Shown here piece after piece: positions 24,072 to 36,451 of a stretch of 64,000 bases of DNA. Each line of letters starts with the position of its first letter. Position 1 is the first letter of the stretch. The translations under genes were made by a program, and so were the position numbers. Under the pieces are notes generated by a model that searched no databases, had not been told where the DNA came from, and saw nothing but the letters and a program-made list of their open reading frames with translations. Source of the stretch: Mobula hypostoma (Eukaryota); the NCBI RefSeq assembly GCF_963921235.1, contig NC_086097.1:16802001-16866000 (forward strand), in the 5' to 3' direction.

Positions 24072-24770
24072 TACTTTATTAATCCTGAGGGAGATTTAGT
24101 TTCATTACAGTCGCACCAACCAAGAATAGAGCGTAAATATAGCAATAGAAAAACCCCAACAATCAAACACCAAAATGCAAACTATGCCAGATGGAAAATA
24201 AGTCCAGGACCAGTCTATTGGCTCAGGGTGTCTGACCCTCCACGGGAGGAGCTGCACGTTCGATGGCCACAGGCAGGAACGACCTCCCGTGCCGCCAAGT
24301 GTTGTATCACGGTGGAATGTGGCCGAAGTCCAACAGTGAAAAGTTCAATATCCAGTCTGCAAACACGTTCCTCGATCGTAATATGCCCCGGATTGCACCA
24401 TCCATTGTTAGCCAGAACAGTAAGCACCCAACTCCTTTACGCTTACCGCTCTCAGTGCACTTCCGGTCAGCCAGAATGGTATTACCCATCGAACTCCTCT
24501 TCTCCAAAAGTCTCTGTTGTTTCGACCCGGTCCTCTTTCCTCGGCTTTGTGATCCCCCTCTGTGTGTTTTCCTCCGGATTTCAGCAGGGGTGTCCACCGC
24601 TCTGTTCGCTGAGTCGGCCAGTATTTGCTGGTCCGTGGAATACACGATGAGACCTTGCTTCTGTCCCACGTGTCGGGATGTAACCATTTCCAGCGCTAAA
24701 GAAAACCCAAATAAAACTCTCTCTACCAGCATGTTAGAGAGGGTGCAGCTTCAAACTACCAAACTATAAC
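24039..24770 (-). mobile_element. Internally deleted Rex1/Babar-type element with (ATCT)n tail
   Basis: 5' ORF start RRKTHRG..SMGN, APE fragment NNGWCNPGHITIEERVC..DIELFTVGLRP joined to the 3' end; (GATA)n at 24039-24071. Confidence 0.75.
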
Positions 24771-24844
24771 CAATCACCACTTGCCACCACTCTTCGTGAA
24801 CCCCACCCCTGTGTTCACCTAACTTTCATGTTCCCATGGCTGTA

Positions 24845-25127
24845 TTCACACAGGTCACCCTTGGACAAGGTGTGGCACCTGCTTAGCCTCTCAATTAGGG
24901 TCACATGAAACCGTGGGAGCCAGTGGACAATGGCCTTTGAGCATATCACAAGTTCTGATTACGCGACCACTGATGCCATAATGTCTGGAGTCACCCATTT
25001 TGCAAAGACACAGCCCAGATGAAAGCAATGGCAAACCGCATCTATAGAAAAATTTGACGAGAACAATCGTAGCCAAGATCATGGTCGCTCACGTCATACC
25101 ACATGGCACATCATAATGACGATGATG
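24845..25127 (+). mobile_element. Short non-autonomous Vingi/RTE-related element
   Basis: gaaagcaatggcaaacc motif (Bov-A/RTE/Vingi 5'UTR-like) and 3' end cacgtcatacca..cataatgacgatgatg. Confidence 0.5.
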
Positions 25128-25812
25128 TATTTGCTTATACTAAATTTAAAGCTCTCTTAAGTTTTTGTCTGCGATCCCAGTCTGACAAGTGTTATGTAAC
25201 TTCAGATATTCATAACTTTGAATCAGCAAAAATCCCCCGACCTTCAAGAGGATCAGCCTCATCCATTTTCATCATCATCATTGTGGAGGAGAGCACTCAA
25301 CAGAAAATAGCATGGAGCACCTGTACTAATATTGGCTATAAAGGCTGGCTGCTCTGTCACAGAAGGCTCAGTGAATGATCAAAGTCTCCCTAAATCTAAA
25401 AGCATTATAATAAACATACGTTCATGAGAGAGAATGAAGCCACAAAAAACAATCAAGAATCAAAATCATTCAGGAGAGAACAGTCTACTTGATCAATGGC
25501 CCCACGATTATATTCAGTGTAGACTCCCACATCTACTGATGCAGTGCTGCATTAGTAATGATGTGCAAAGGAGCTATTTACCGAGTTACTTTGGCAGAAC
25601 TTCTTCTGTTATCATCTCTGCAACTAAAAGAGACTAAACTAAGATTTGATCACCCAGAAGTTTCATTCCAGCCTATTCACTCTCCTGACCTACATCTCCA
25701 CTTCACTGGAAAAATATCTTGGACTTCTCCGCTAAACCATGTGTGGTGATGGCCAGCAGAATTAGGACAGAGGTGATTCAAGGAGAACAGTTATCACCAC
25801 CTTCTCATGGCG

Positions 25813-27030
25813 AGTATCTGCTCTCAGGATGAGGCTTTTCAATCTAGGATGAGGGAGATGTCTTCTTTTTTTAAAGAAAGGGGCTTCCCTTCCTCCACTA
25901 TCAACTCTGCTCTTAAACGCATCTCCCCCATTTCACGTACATCTGCTCTCACTCCATCCTCCTGCCACCCCACTAGGAATAGGGTTCCCCTGGTCCTCAC
26001 CTACCATCCCACCAGCCTCCGGGTCCAACATATTATTCTCCGTAACTTCCGCCACCTCCAACGGGATCCCACCACTAAGCACATCTTTCCCTCCCCACCT
26101 GTCTCTGCATTCTGCAGGGATCACTCCCTACGCAACTCCCTTGTCCATTCGTCCCCCCCCATCCCTCCCCATTGATCTCTCTCCTGGCACTTATCCGTGT
26201 AAGCGGGACAAGTGCTACACATGCCCTTACACTTCCTCCCTTACCATCATTCAGGGCCCCAAACAGTCCTTCCAGGTGAGGCAACACTTCACCTGTGAGT
26301 CGACTGGGGTGATATACTGCATCCGGTGCTCCTGATGTGGCCTTTTATATATTGGCGAGACCCGACGCAGACTGGGAGACTGCTTTGCTGAACACCTACG
26401 CTCTGTCCGCCAGAGAAAGCAGGATCTCCCAGTGGCCACACATTTTAATTCCACATCTCATTCCCATTCTGACATGTCTATCTATGGCCTCCTCTACTGT
26501 AAAGATGAAGCCACACTCAGGTTGGAGGAACAACACCTTATATTCCGTCTGCGTAGCCTCCAACCTGATGGCATGAACATCGACTTCTCTAACTTCCGCT
26601 AATGCCTCACCTCCCCCTCGTACCCCATCTGTTACTTATTTTTATACACACATTCTTTCTCTCACTCTCCTTTTTCTCCTTCTGTCCCTCTGAATATACC
26701 CCTTGCCCATCCTCTGGGTCCCCCCCACCTTGTCTTTCTTCCTGGACCTCCTGTCCCATGATCCTCTTGTATCCCTTTTGCCTATCACCTGTCCAGCTCT
26801 TGACTCCATCCCTCCCCGTCCTGTCTTCTCCTATCATTTTGGATCTCCCCATCCCCCTCCAACTTTCAAATCCCTTACTCACTCTTCCTTCAGTTAGTCC
26901 TGATGAAGGGTCTCGGCCTGAAACGTCGACTGCACCTCTTCCTAGAGATGCCGCCTGGCCTGCTGCGTTCACCAGCAACTTTGATGTGTGTTGCTTGAAT
27001 TTCCAGCATCTGCAGAATTCCTGTTGTTTG
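25813..27030 (+). mobile_element. Young 5'-truncated Penelope-like element (RT C-terminus, GIY-YIG endonuclease, 3' pLTR with hammerhead)
   Basis: ICSQDEAF..RVPLVLTYHP..GTYPCKRDKCYTC..FTCESTGVIYCIRCS*CGLLYIGET..HFN..LQPDGMNIDFSNFR, stop at 26600-26602; one frameshift and one internal stop seen. Confidence 0.95.
26896..26931 (+). ncRNA. Minimal type I hammerhead ribozyme motif, intact
   Basis: AGTC/GACT stem I, CTGATGA, AGG-gtctcgg-CCT stem II, GAAA, palindromic ACGT stem III, GTC cleavage triplet (predicted cut after 26927). Confidence 0.85.
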
Positions 27031-28139
27031 ACTAGAGAATGGTGTTATATATGACTTTTTTGAATGTCATCCCAAGAGCAAATGAATTTGAGGATTCATC
27101 TGACTTCTTGACTGTGGACCTTTCATTAGTTTAACATGTAATTTGCATTTCATATAATTAATTGTATCTACAATTGTACTTGCCTGTATTTATTTAAGGA
27201 TATATTACTTTTGGTAGTGAATGTGTTAATCTTTTTCGGTCATAAAATTCACAAGCCAGGCTCACAAGTTTGCGCACAGATGGTTATACAAAGCAGGAAA
27301 TCCTGATTAGGTTGTCAGGATATTTCATATTCCTTAAAACAATGGGATTAATGGTTTTGGTGGAGTTTTCTGACAGTTTTTCTGTTGTAGGATCTTGCTG
27401 ATATAATTAAATCATACTCTGATACAATAGGTGCATCAATCATACTCGAGAGGGAGGGGAGGCAGTAGCCACAGGTGGCAGAAGGTTTCATCTTAATTAC
27501 AAATGTTTCCTTCCCTTTGTTACAATTTTCTGCAGGAAAGTGGGTAGCAGTCATCCAGAAGAAGAAAAACACATTTTCACATTTAACTCAGAGTGGGGAT
27601 TTCACCATGATAATTATAAATAATGCGACACCAATCAAAATGGAACAAGTGTCTTCTTCCCATTGTTGTTTATCTCTCATAATGTTAATGAAAGCCTCAA
27701 TATAAGTGTAAGAACTTCTTCATGCTTCCAGGGTGACCGCTCTGTCAGCATTACAGCATGTTTATGTAATAAAAAAAACTATTTTTGAATCATTTCCACA
27801 TACTACATATCAACCTTTCAGCAAGATGAGATCTGTGTCCAATTAAAGATCTCTTCCAACAATGTGTATGATTGGAATATGGTTGTTTTCTTTTTCTGCC
27901 TTTGAATCCTTGTACAAAAATTATTCACCTCCGATCTCACTACTAGTATCGTGAGATGGCCAAGATTTAGGAACTTTTATGGCATCTTGGGTTTCCAATG
28001 CTTTTTGTTTTCAGTGCTTGTGCTGATATTTCTGTTGACTTAGGATATAGCTAGGACATCTGGTTTTCTAATTGTTTCAATATCAGCTATACACATCTTT
28101 TTAAAAAAATCATTTGCAATGCATAACGATCACTATATA

Positions 28140-29713
28140 CAGTGGCATGCAAAAGTTTGGGCACCCCTGGTCAAAATTTCTGTTACTGTGAATAGTTAAA
28201 CAAGTAGAAGATGGACTGATCTCCAAAAGTCATAAAGTTAACGATGAAACGTTCTTTTCAACATTTTAAGCAAGATTAGTGTATTATTTTTGTTTTGTAC
28301 AATTTTAGAGTAAAAAAAAAGGAAAGGAGCACCATGCAAAAGTTTGAGCACTCCAAGAGATTTGAGCTCTCAGATAACTTTTACCAAGGTGTCAGACCTT
28401 AATTAGCTTGTTAGGGCTATGGCTTGTTCACAGTCATCATTAGGAAAGGCCAGGTGATGCAAATTTCAAAGCTTTATAAATACCCTGACTCCTCAAACCT
28501 TGTCCCAACAATCAGCAGCCATGGGCTCCTCTAAGCAGCTGCCTGGCACACTGAAAATTAAAATAAATGATGCCCACAAAGCAGGAGAAGTCTACAAGAA
28601 GATAGCAAAGTGTTTTCAGGTAGCCGTTTCCTCAGTTTGTAATGTAATTAAGAAATGGCAGTTAACAGGAATGGTGGAGGTCTGGAAGACCAAGAGAATT
28701 TTCCCAGAGAACTGCTCGTAGGATTGCTAAAAAGGCAAATCAAACCCCCCATTTGACTGCAAAAGACCTTCAGGAAGATTTAGTAGACTCTGGAGTGGTG
28801 GTGCACTGTTCTACTGTGCAGCAACACCTACACAAATATGACCTTCATTGAAGAGTCATCAGAAGAAAACCTTTCCTGCATCCTCACCACAAAATTCAGC
28901 ATCAGAAATTTGCAAAGGAACATCTAAACAAACCTGATGCATTTTGTAAGCAAGTCCTGTGAACTGATGAAGTTAAAATAGAACTTTTTGGCCTCAATGA
29001 GCAAAGGTATGTTTGGAGAAAAAAGAATGCAGAATTTCACAAAAAGATTAAGCACGTGGTGGATCGATCATGCTTTGGGCTTGTGTTGCAGCCAGTGACA
29101 TGGGGAACATTTCACTGGTAGAGGGAAGAACGAATACAGTTAAATACCAGCAAATTCTGGAAGCAAACATCACACCGTCTGTAAGAGAGCTGAAGATGAA
29201 AAGTGGATGGCTTCTACAACAGGATAATGATCCTAAACACGCCTCAAAATCCACAATGGACTACCTCAAGAGGCGCAAGCTGAAGATTTTGCCATGGCCC
29301 TCATAGTCCCTTAACCTAAACATCACTGAAAATCTATCAATAGACCTCAAAAGAGTAGTGTATGCAAGATGGTCCAAGAATCTCACAGAACTAGAAGCCT
29401 TTTGCAAGGAAGAATGGGTGAAAATCCCCCAAGCAAGAATTGAAAGACTCTTAGCTGGCTACAGAAAGCGTTTACAAGCTGTGATACAAGTCAAAGGGGG
29501 TGGTACTAAGTCCTTTTGCTTCGGGCCCTTTTCCTTTTTTGTTATTTTGAAACTGTAAACGATGGAAATAAAAAAATAATCTTGCTTAAAATATTAAAGA
29601 AATGTGTCATCTTTAACTTTATGCATTTTGGAAATCAGGTCATCTTTTACTTGCTCAGCTATTCATAGTAACAGAAATTTTGACCGGGGTGCCCAAACTT
29701 TTGCATACCACTG
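28140..29713 (+). mobile_element. Tc1-family DNA transposon, IR/DR type, defective DD34E transposase (~28521-29510)
   Basis: TA|cagtggcatgcaaaagtttgggcacccc ... ggggtgcccaaacttttgcataccactg; TIRs of at least ~150 bp; inner DR at ~28333; MGSSKQLP, TDEVKIELFG, QQDNDPKH; D at 29223 to E at 29328 gives 34-aa spacing; stops and deletions. Confidence 0.95.
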
Positions 29714-30223
29714 TTTATCCCTGTGTCCATTAACGGCCATGTTTGTTGTGATGCTAGAATTAGAGATAGGCTACACAAGGAAAGGGTAACAGATTTCACT
29801 CCATTTACAGATCAAATATGTTCTTAAGAGCAATCCGATAGTTTTATGATCACTTTTACTGAAAACAGCATTTTGTTTTAGATTTACTGTATTTCTTTCA
29901 CTCAAATTTGAACTGAAGGAACGTGGCAGGCAGATGACAAAAGTGAGAATTTCTTTCCCCTCTTTCTTGAAGGACTGTGGTGAACCAATTGGGCTTTTCG
30001 GTGGTTTTGTCGGTATGACGTTGTTTTCCTGGTATGTACCCACCACTTACAGTTCACACTTTCCTCAGCCTGCCTACACCCTTTGGTCTGAAGCCGTCCC
30101 GGGTGCGAAGGCAATAAAGGGCCCTGAGCAAGACAATGGAGAAGTCCTTTACCTGAAAGACTGTGCAAGCCTAGCCCCCTAGTCTGTCATTCTGAAACTT
30201 TAAACTAAACTATAAAATACAAA

Positions 30224-30444
30224 CGCAAACAGGAATTCTGCAGATGCTGGAAATTCAAGCAACACACATCAAAGTTGCTGGTGAACGCAGCAGGCCAGGC
30301 AGCATCTGTAGGAAGAGGTGCAGTCGATGTTCCAGGCCGAGACCCTTCGTCAGGACTGACGAAGGGTCTCGGCCTGAAACGTCGACTGCCCCTCTTCCTA
30401 CAGATGCTGCCTGGCCTGCTGCGTTCACCAGCAACTTTGATGTT
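30224..30444. mobile_element. 221-bp PLE-derived fold-back mini-insertion with the junction inside the hammerhead
   Basis: Inverted arms pivot at caggactgacgaag; 13-bp TSD tataaaatacaaa at 30211-30223 and 30445-30457. Confidence 0.92.
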
Positions 30445-30489
30445 TATAAAATACAAAATCATTTAAAAGTTTATTTCAAAAAAACAAAT

Positions 30490-32005
30490 CAACTATTACT
30501 CCTCAACCAGTGGGGATAACTTCATTCACCTTTACTTACCCCATCACTGACCCTTGAAACAGAACTTATGGACTCACTTTCAAGGACTCCATCCCATGTT
30601 CTTAATATTTATTTCTTATTTGTTTATTATTATTATTTCTCCTTTCTTTTGTATTTGCTGTCTTTTGCACGTTGGTTGTTTGTCCACCCTGTTGGGTGCA
30701 GTCTTTCCATTCCAGAGCTAATAAGATGTCCTCCTTCTTCAAAGAAAGGGGCTTTCTTTCCTCCACCATCAATGCTGCCCTCACCCACATCTTTTCCATT
30801 TCACGCACGCCTGCCCACACCTCATCCTCCTGCCACCCCACCAGTGATAGGTTTCTTCTTGTCTTCACCTACCACACCTTTAGCCTCTGTATTCAGCACA
30901 TAATTCACCATAACTGCTGCTATCTCCAACGGGATCTCACCACCAAGCACTCTTTCTCTCCCCCCCCCCCCAACTTTCTGCTTTCCGCAGGGATCGCTCC
31001 CTATGTGACTCCCTTGTCCGTCTTTCCTTCCCCACTGATCTCCCTCCTGGTACTTACCCTTGCAAGCAGAACAAGTGCCACACCAGCCCCTACACCTCCT
31101 CCCTCACCACCATTCAGGGCCCCAAACAGTCCTTCCAGGTGAGACAACACTTCACCCATGAGTCTGTTGGGGTCATATATTGTGTCTGGTGCTCCTGGCA
31201 TGGCTTCCTGTATTGGTGAGATCTGACGTAGATTGGGAGACTGCTTCGGAGAGCACCAATGCTCCATCCACCAGAAAAATTGTGATCTCCCAGTGACCAC
31301 CCATTTCAATTCTACTTCCCATTTCCATTCCAGCATGTAAATCCATAGCCTCCTCTACTTCTGGGATGAGGCAACACTCAGGCTGGAGGAGCAACACCTT
31401 ATATTCTGTCTCGATAGCTTTCAACCTGATGGCATGAATATTGATTTCTCAAACTTCTGGTAATTGCCACCCCCCCTCACCATTCACTATTGTACATTCC
31501 CGTTTCCCTCTCTCACCTCATCTCCTTACCTGCTCATTACCTTCCTCTGTTGCTCCTCCCTCTTCCCTTTCTTCCATCATCTTCTACCCTCTCCTATCAG
31601 ATTCCCCGTTCTCTAGTCCTTTATTTCTTTCACCAAAGAACTTCCCAGCTGTTTACTTCTCCCCTCCCCTCTGCCAGTTTCACTTGTCACATACCACCTT
31701 GTAACTCGTCCTCCCCTCCCTCCATCTTCTTACTCTGACTTCTCATCTTTTATTCCATTCCTAATGAAGGGTCTCAACCTGAAGCCTCCATTATTTACCC
31801 TTTTCAATAGATGCTGCCTGAACTGTGAAGTTCCTCCTGCATTTTGTGTGTGTTGCTTTGGATTTCCTGCATCTGCAGATTTTCTCATGTTTATGGGTGC
31901 AGTCTTTCATTGATTCTATTATGGTTCTTGGATTTAATGAGTATGCCCCGAAGAAAGTTAATCTCAGGGTTTTATGTGGTGACATATATGTACTTTGAAC
32001 TTTGA
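30490..32005 (+). mobile_element. Rex1/Babar 3' UTR fragment split by a Penelope insertion
   Basis: 30490-30707 and 31894-32005 are collinear with 21240-23448. Confidence 0.75.
30708..31893 (+). mobile_element. Older 5'-truncated Penelope-like element
   Basis: Homologous to 25813-27030 (GIY-YIG region); 15-bp TSD tgggtgcagtctttc at 30693-30707 and 31894-31908; degenerate hammerhead at ~31756-31790. Confidence 0.92.
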
Positions 32006-32124
32006 AAACATCTAAATAATTTAATACATTGAACAATTTTCATTTGGACAAGAAATTGACAACTGGAGTGCCCTGTAAGAAAATCTGAGGCTATTTACTT
32101 TTGAAGGAAAAATGGAAAAACGGC

Positions 32125-32935
32125 AAGATGGTGGCTCATTCGAATGCAGGGGCCTTTCTGGGGCCAACCAAAGGTGCACTTTTCTTTTTAAAACATATTT
32201 TTTATGATCGTAAGTTGACACTGTTCTCCAAGAACAATGGGTACAGCAAGTCGACTGCATTAGTGATCTGTTCGTTTGTTGGAGCCGCCGGCTGGGGCAT
32301 AGAAGGAGCCAGCGGATGAGTCAAAAAAGGAGAAGCTGGCGCTTGGCCAGGAGAAGGAGAAGCCAGTGGAGGGGCTGGAGCAGGTTTGGAAGAGCTGACC
32401 TGAGTACAGACTGTGTTGCTGCCAGCTACTCAAACGCATCAGAGTTGGTGTGCAAAAAAGCATGCGATGTAACCATCACTGTCTTGGACATTTCTCTTGT
32501 GATCGCAAGACCCTGTTGGACATTGATAATGTGAGATGCTGCAGGCCTGTTTCCCTTGTCTGGTGGTCAGACAGGCGACGAGGCAGCAGCGTGGCCTTGG
32601 TTGTAGTGAGGACAAGGCCTCAAATGGGCTTGCCTGCTGCTGCAGTAGTCAAGGTGAGATGACACAGGAGGTGGTGTAGCGTGGTGTCCGTGCTTAGTTG
32701 GGAGCTGGCCTCTCCCATCAGTGTTAACTGGCGGAAGCCCAGGTTGGATTGCCAGGAGCTGCACCATCAATTTGCATCTCGCTCAGGGACTTGGACTATG
32801 CATGTGTTTTCTTGCATTACATTGCATATATTTTTTTGCTATGTTGAATGTATGTTATGCACATGGGTCTCAGAGGAATGATGTCTCGTTCGACTGTATC
32901 CACATATGGTCTGAATGATAATTAAACTTGATTTA
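32125..32935 (+). mobile_element. Probable non-coding retroposon (aagatggtg head, Rex1-like tail)
   Basis: GC-richer body; ends in gaatgataattaaacttgattt. Confidence 0.45.
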
Positions 32936-33029
32936 AGATGATTTGAAAATCAAATTATTATGGAAGTGGAGCAAGACTATGAAAGACTCAGCAGACTGAT
33001 TCCGTGGATGGTAGCACTGAGGAGGGATT

Positions 33030-33395
33030 GGGTCAAATAGTCATATTTGCGCTGGAATTTAGAAGTTTCATTGACATATATAAAATTCTGAGAGGGTTCA
33101 AGAGACAGGATGTTCTTCCTCAGTGGTGGAGGGGAGTGGGAGGGAGCAGCTGGTGTCCAGAATCTGGGGTCACATACACAGACATTTTGAACATGAGCCT
33201 GTCAAGCTCTTTAACATACAGTGCATGTCAAATCTCTGAATACTGTATTTACAGATTTTGAGACATGGAAGGCCTCAGTGGGTACATGGAGAGAGCGGAA
33301 GTGTCACATTGAGGCAGATAGTCAGCTGTGGCCACACTAAATGATGGAGAAATGGTGAAGGCCTGACTAACCAATACCTGTTTCTAGTTTTCTCT
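33030..33395 (+). mobile_element. Ancient CR1 3' remnant
   Basis: FALEFRS..IDIYKILRG and a CR1-like 3' UTR. Confidence 0.6.
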
Positions 33396-33405
33396 GCTTC
33401 TCCCT

Positions 33406-33650
33406 CAAGATGAAGATTCAAGTTTATTTATCATGTGTTCATAGATACATACGGTGAAATGTGTCATTTGGCTTAACAACCAGCACACCCAAGGGTATTC
33501 TGGGGGCAGCCTGCAAGTGCTGCCACACTTTTCAGCACCAACATAGCATTCCCACAATGCACAGCAAAAGAACATAATAACGACACAAAACAGAGCAAGC
33601 AACAAAACAAGCTCCCATTCCTCCTCTTCACATTCATTCCATATGGTCCT
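33406..33650 (-). mobile_element. Non-coding repeat with LINE-like tail, same family as 60828-60990
   Basis: Shared catacggtgaaatgtgtcatttg..gcagcctgcaagtgctgcc..ccaacatagc. Confidence 0.55.
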
Positions 33651-33847
33651 CAAAATCAGAATCAGGCTTAAAACCTCTGCTTATGTTGTGAAATTAGTTT
33701 CACGACATCACATTCTTCATGGTTCATAATCGCCTTGAAATCAATTGCTCGTGGATCCTATGCTAGAGCCTAAAGCAGGTTCTCCAGCAGACACTTCAAA
33801 GAATCTCAGTAAGATTCAGCTCCCCTACTCAATTTTTTCTGCACTTA

Positions 33848-34085
33848 CATTCAGGGGCCACATTATTAAGTAGACCTGTACATCTGCTCACTCATGCAAA
33901 TGTCTAATCAGCCAATCACGTGGCAGCAACTCCAGACATAAAAGCATGCAGATATGGTCAAGCGTTTCAGCTGTCGTTTAGCCCAAATAACAGACAGGGG
34001 AAGAAATGTGATCTAAGTAACTTTGCCTTGGAACGCCTATTGTTACTAGATGGTGTGTTTCAGTTGCCAATCAGACCAAACATTA
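33848..34085 (+). mobile_element. Tc1-like transposon left-end fragment
   Basis: TA|cattcaggggccacattattaagta TIR-like start, ctaatcagccaatcacgtggcagca, GKKCDLSNF transposase N-terminus. Confidence 0.7.
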
Positions 34086-34104
34086 GTATTAGACTATAAG
34101 ACAT

Positions 34105-34815
34105 AGGACTTCAGGAGGAGCCCCCAAATACTCCCCCCACTCACTATACTCAACAGTATTGTGTCTGTTGTGGAGACCTTCAGGTTTCTGGGTGTCACAA
34201 TCTCCCAGGACTTGAAGTGGACACCCAATGCGGACACTCTTATCAAAAAGGCTCAGCAGAGGTTGTATTTCCTACGTCAACTCAGGAAGTACAACCTGCC
34301 TCAGGAGCTGCTGATTCAATTCTATTCAGGAATAATCCAGTCTGTTCTCTGTTCATCCATCACTGTCTGGTTTCGATCAGCTACCAAACAAGACAAGAAT
34401 AGACTCCAAAGAACCGTCAGGGCTGTGGAAAGGATTATTGGTGTGAAGCTGCCCTCGATCCAGGACTTATATGCATCTAGAGTCAGGAAGCGAGCAAGCA
34501 GCATCATTGCAGACCCATCACACCCTGGACATCACCTGTTCCAACTCCTTCCTTCTGGTAGGCACTTTAGATCACTGTATGCCAGGACAAATAGGTACAA
34601 GAACAGTTTCTTTCCATATACCATCAGTCTTATGAACACTTGAATTTTAGTCTATTATAAACCAAGTCCACCTGTACATACACTGGTATACCTTATTATT
34701 CGCACTATTGTTTTGTTTGCTTTTTGATTCTGTACAGCGAGAGCTCAGGGAAACCGGCATCAAATTCCCTGTATGTGTCCACATACAAGGATTCTGACTC
34801 TGATTCTGATTCTGA
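34105..34815 (+). mobile_element. Rex1/Babar 3' fragment with open frame to 34643
   Basis: FRFLG..KKAQQRLYFLR..HPGHHLF.LLPSGR..NSFFP; (gattct)n tail. Confidence 0.92.
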
Positions 34816-36302
34816 ATAGAATTAGGCCATTCAGCCCATCCAGTCTGCTCTGCCATTTGATTATGGTTGATCCAATTCACTGACAACCCTATTCTCATGC
34901 CTTCTCCTCATAACCTTTCACGCGCTGACTTATCAAGAATCTATCAACCTCCACCTTAAATGTACCCAATGACCCGGCCTCCCGAGCCCCCTGTTGCAGC
35001 AAGTTCTACAGATTCACCAGCCTCCGGCTAAAGGAATTCTTCTTCATCTCCATTCGGAATGGATGTCTCTCTATTTGGAGGTTGTGCGCTCTGATCCTAG
35101 ACTCCCCAACAGGAAACATTCTGTCAACATCCATTCTATCCAGGCTTTTCAACCTTCGATTGGCTTCATTGAGATCCTCCCCTCATTCTTCTAAATTCCA
35201 GTATGTATAGGCACAGAGCCATCAAACGCTCTTCATGTGATAATTCTTTCATTCCCAGAACCTCATTTGAACCCTCACAACGTTATCACATCCTTCCTCA
35301 GATAAGGATCCCAAAACTGTTCACTCTCCAAGTGAAGCCTCACTAGTGCTTTATAAAGTCTCAACATTACATCCTTTCTTTTATATGCTAGTCCTCTTGA
35401 AATGCTAACATCGCATTTGCCTTCCTTACCACCAACTCAACCTGCAAATGAAACTTTAGGGAATCCTGCATGAGGACTACCAAGTCCTTTTTCACCTCGG
35501 ATTTTTGAACTTTCTCCTCATTCAGAAAACAGTCTATGTTCTTGTTTCTTCTATCAAAGTGCATGACCATGCACTTCCCAACATTGTATTCCATCTGCCA
35601 TGTCTTGGCCCATTGTCCTAATCTGTCTAAGTCCTTCTGCAGCCTGTCTGTTTTCTCAACACTACCTGTCCCTCCACCCATCTTCGTATCATCAGCAATC
35701 TTGGCCACAAAGCCACCAATATCATCATCCAAATCATTGACGTACAATGCAAAAAGAAGTGGTCCCAACACTGACCCCTATGGAACACCACTAGTGACTG
35801 GCATCCCATTAGAAAAGGCTCCCTTAATTCACACTCTTTGCTTTCTGCCAACCAGCCAATGCTTTATCCATGCTAGTAGCTTCCCTGTAATACCATGGGA
35901 TCTTATCTTGCTCAGCAGCCTTATGTGTGGCCCCTTGTCAAAGGCCTTCTGAAAATACAAGTGCACAACATTTACCAATTCTCCTTTGTCTATCCTGATT
36001 GTTATTTCCTCAAAGAATTCCAACAGATTTGTCCGGCAAGATTTTCCCTTGAGGAAGCCATGCTGACTTTGACCTGTTTTATCATGTGCCTCCAAGTACC
36101 CTGAAACCTCATCCTTAATAACATCTGCAACATCTTCGTAACTACTGAGGTCAGGTTAAGTGGCCTATAATTTCCATTCTTCTGTCTTCCTCTCTTCTTG
36201 AAGAGCGGAGTTGCATTGAGAATTTCACAGTCCTCCGGAACAACGGCAGAATTTAATGAATCTTGGAAGTTTATTACTAATGCCTCCACAATCTCCTCAG
36301 TA
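34816..36302 (-). mobile_element. Decayed 5'-truncated CR1
   Basis: NYRPLNLTS, QHGFLKGKSC, KIADDTK pieces. Confidence 0.92.
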
Positions 36303-36451
36303 GTATTCCATAAATCATTTTCAAAGACTCTACTAATCATGTGCTGGACATTATTTATTTTTTATTTGCACAATTTGTCTTCTTTTACACATTGGTTGTT
36401 TGTCAATCTTTACTCATGTAAATTTTGTTAATTTGTTTTTCTTTCCTATAA

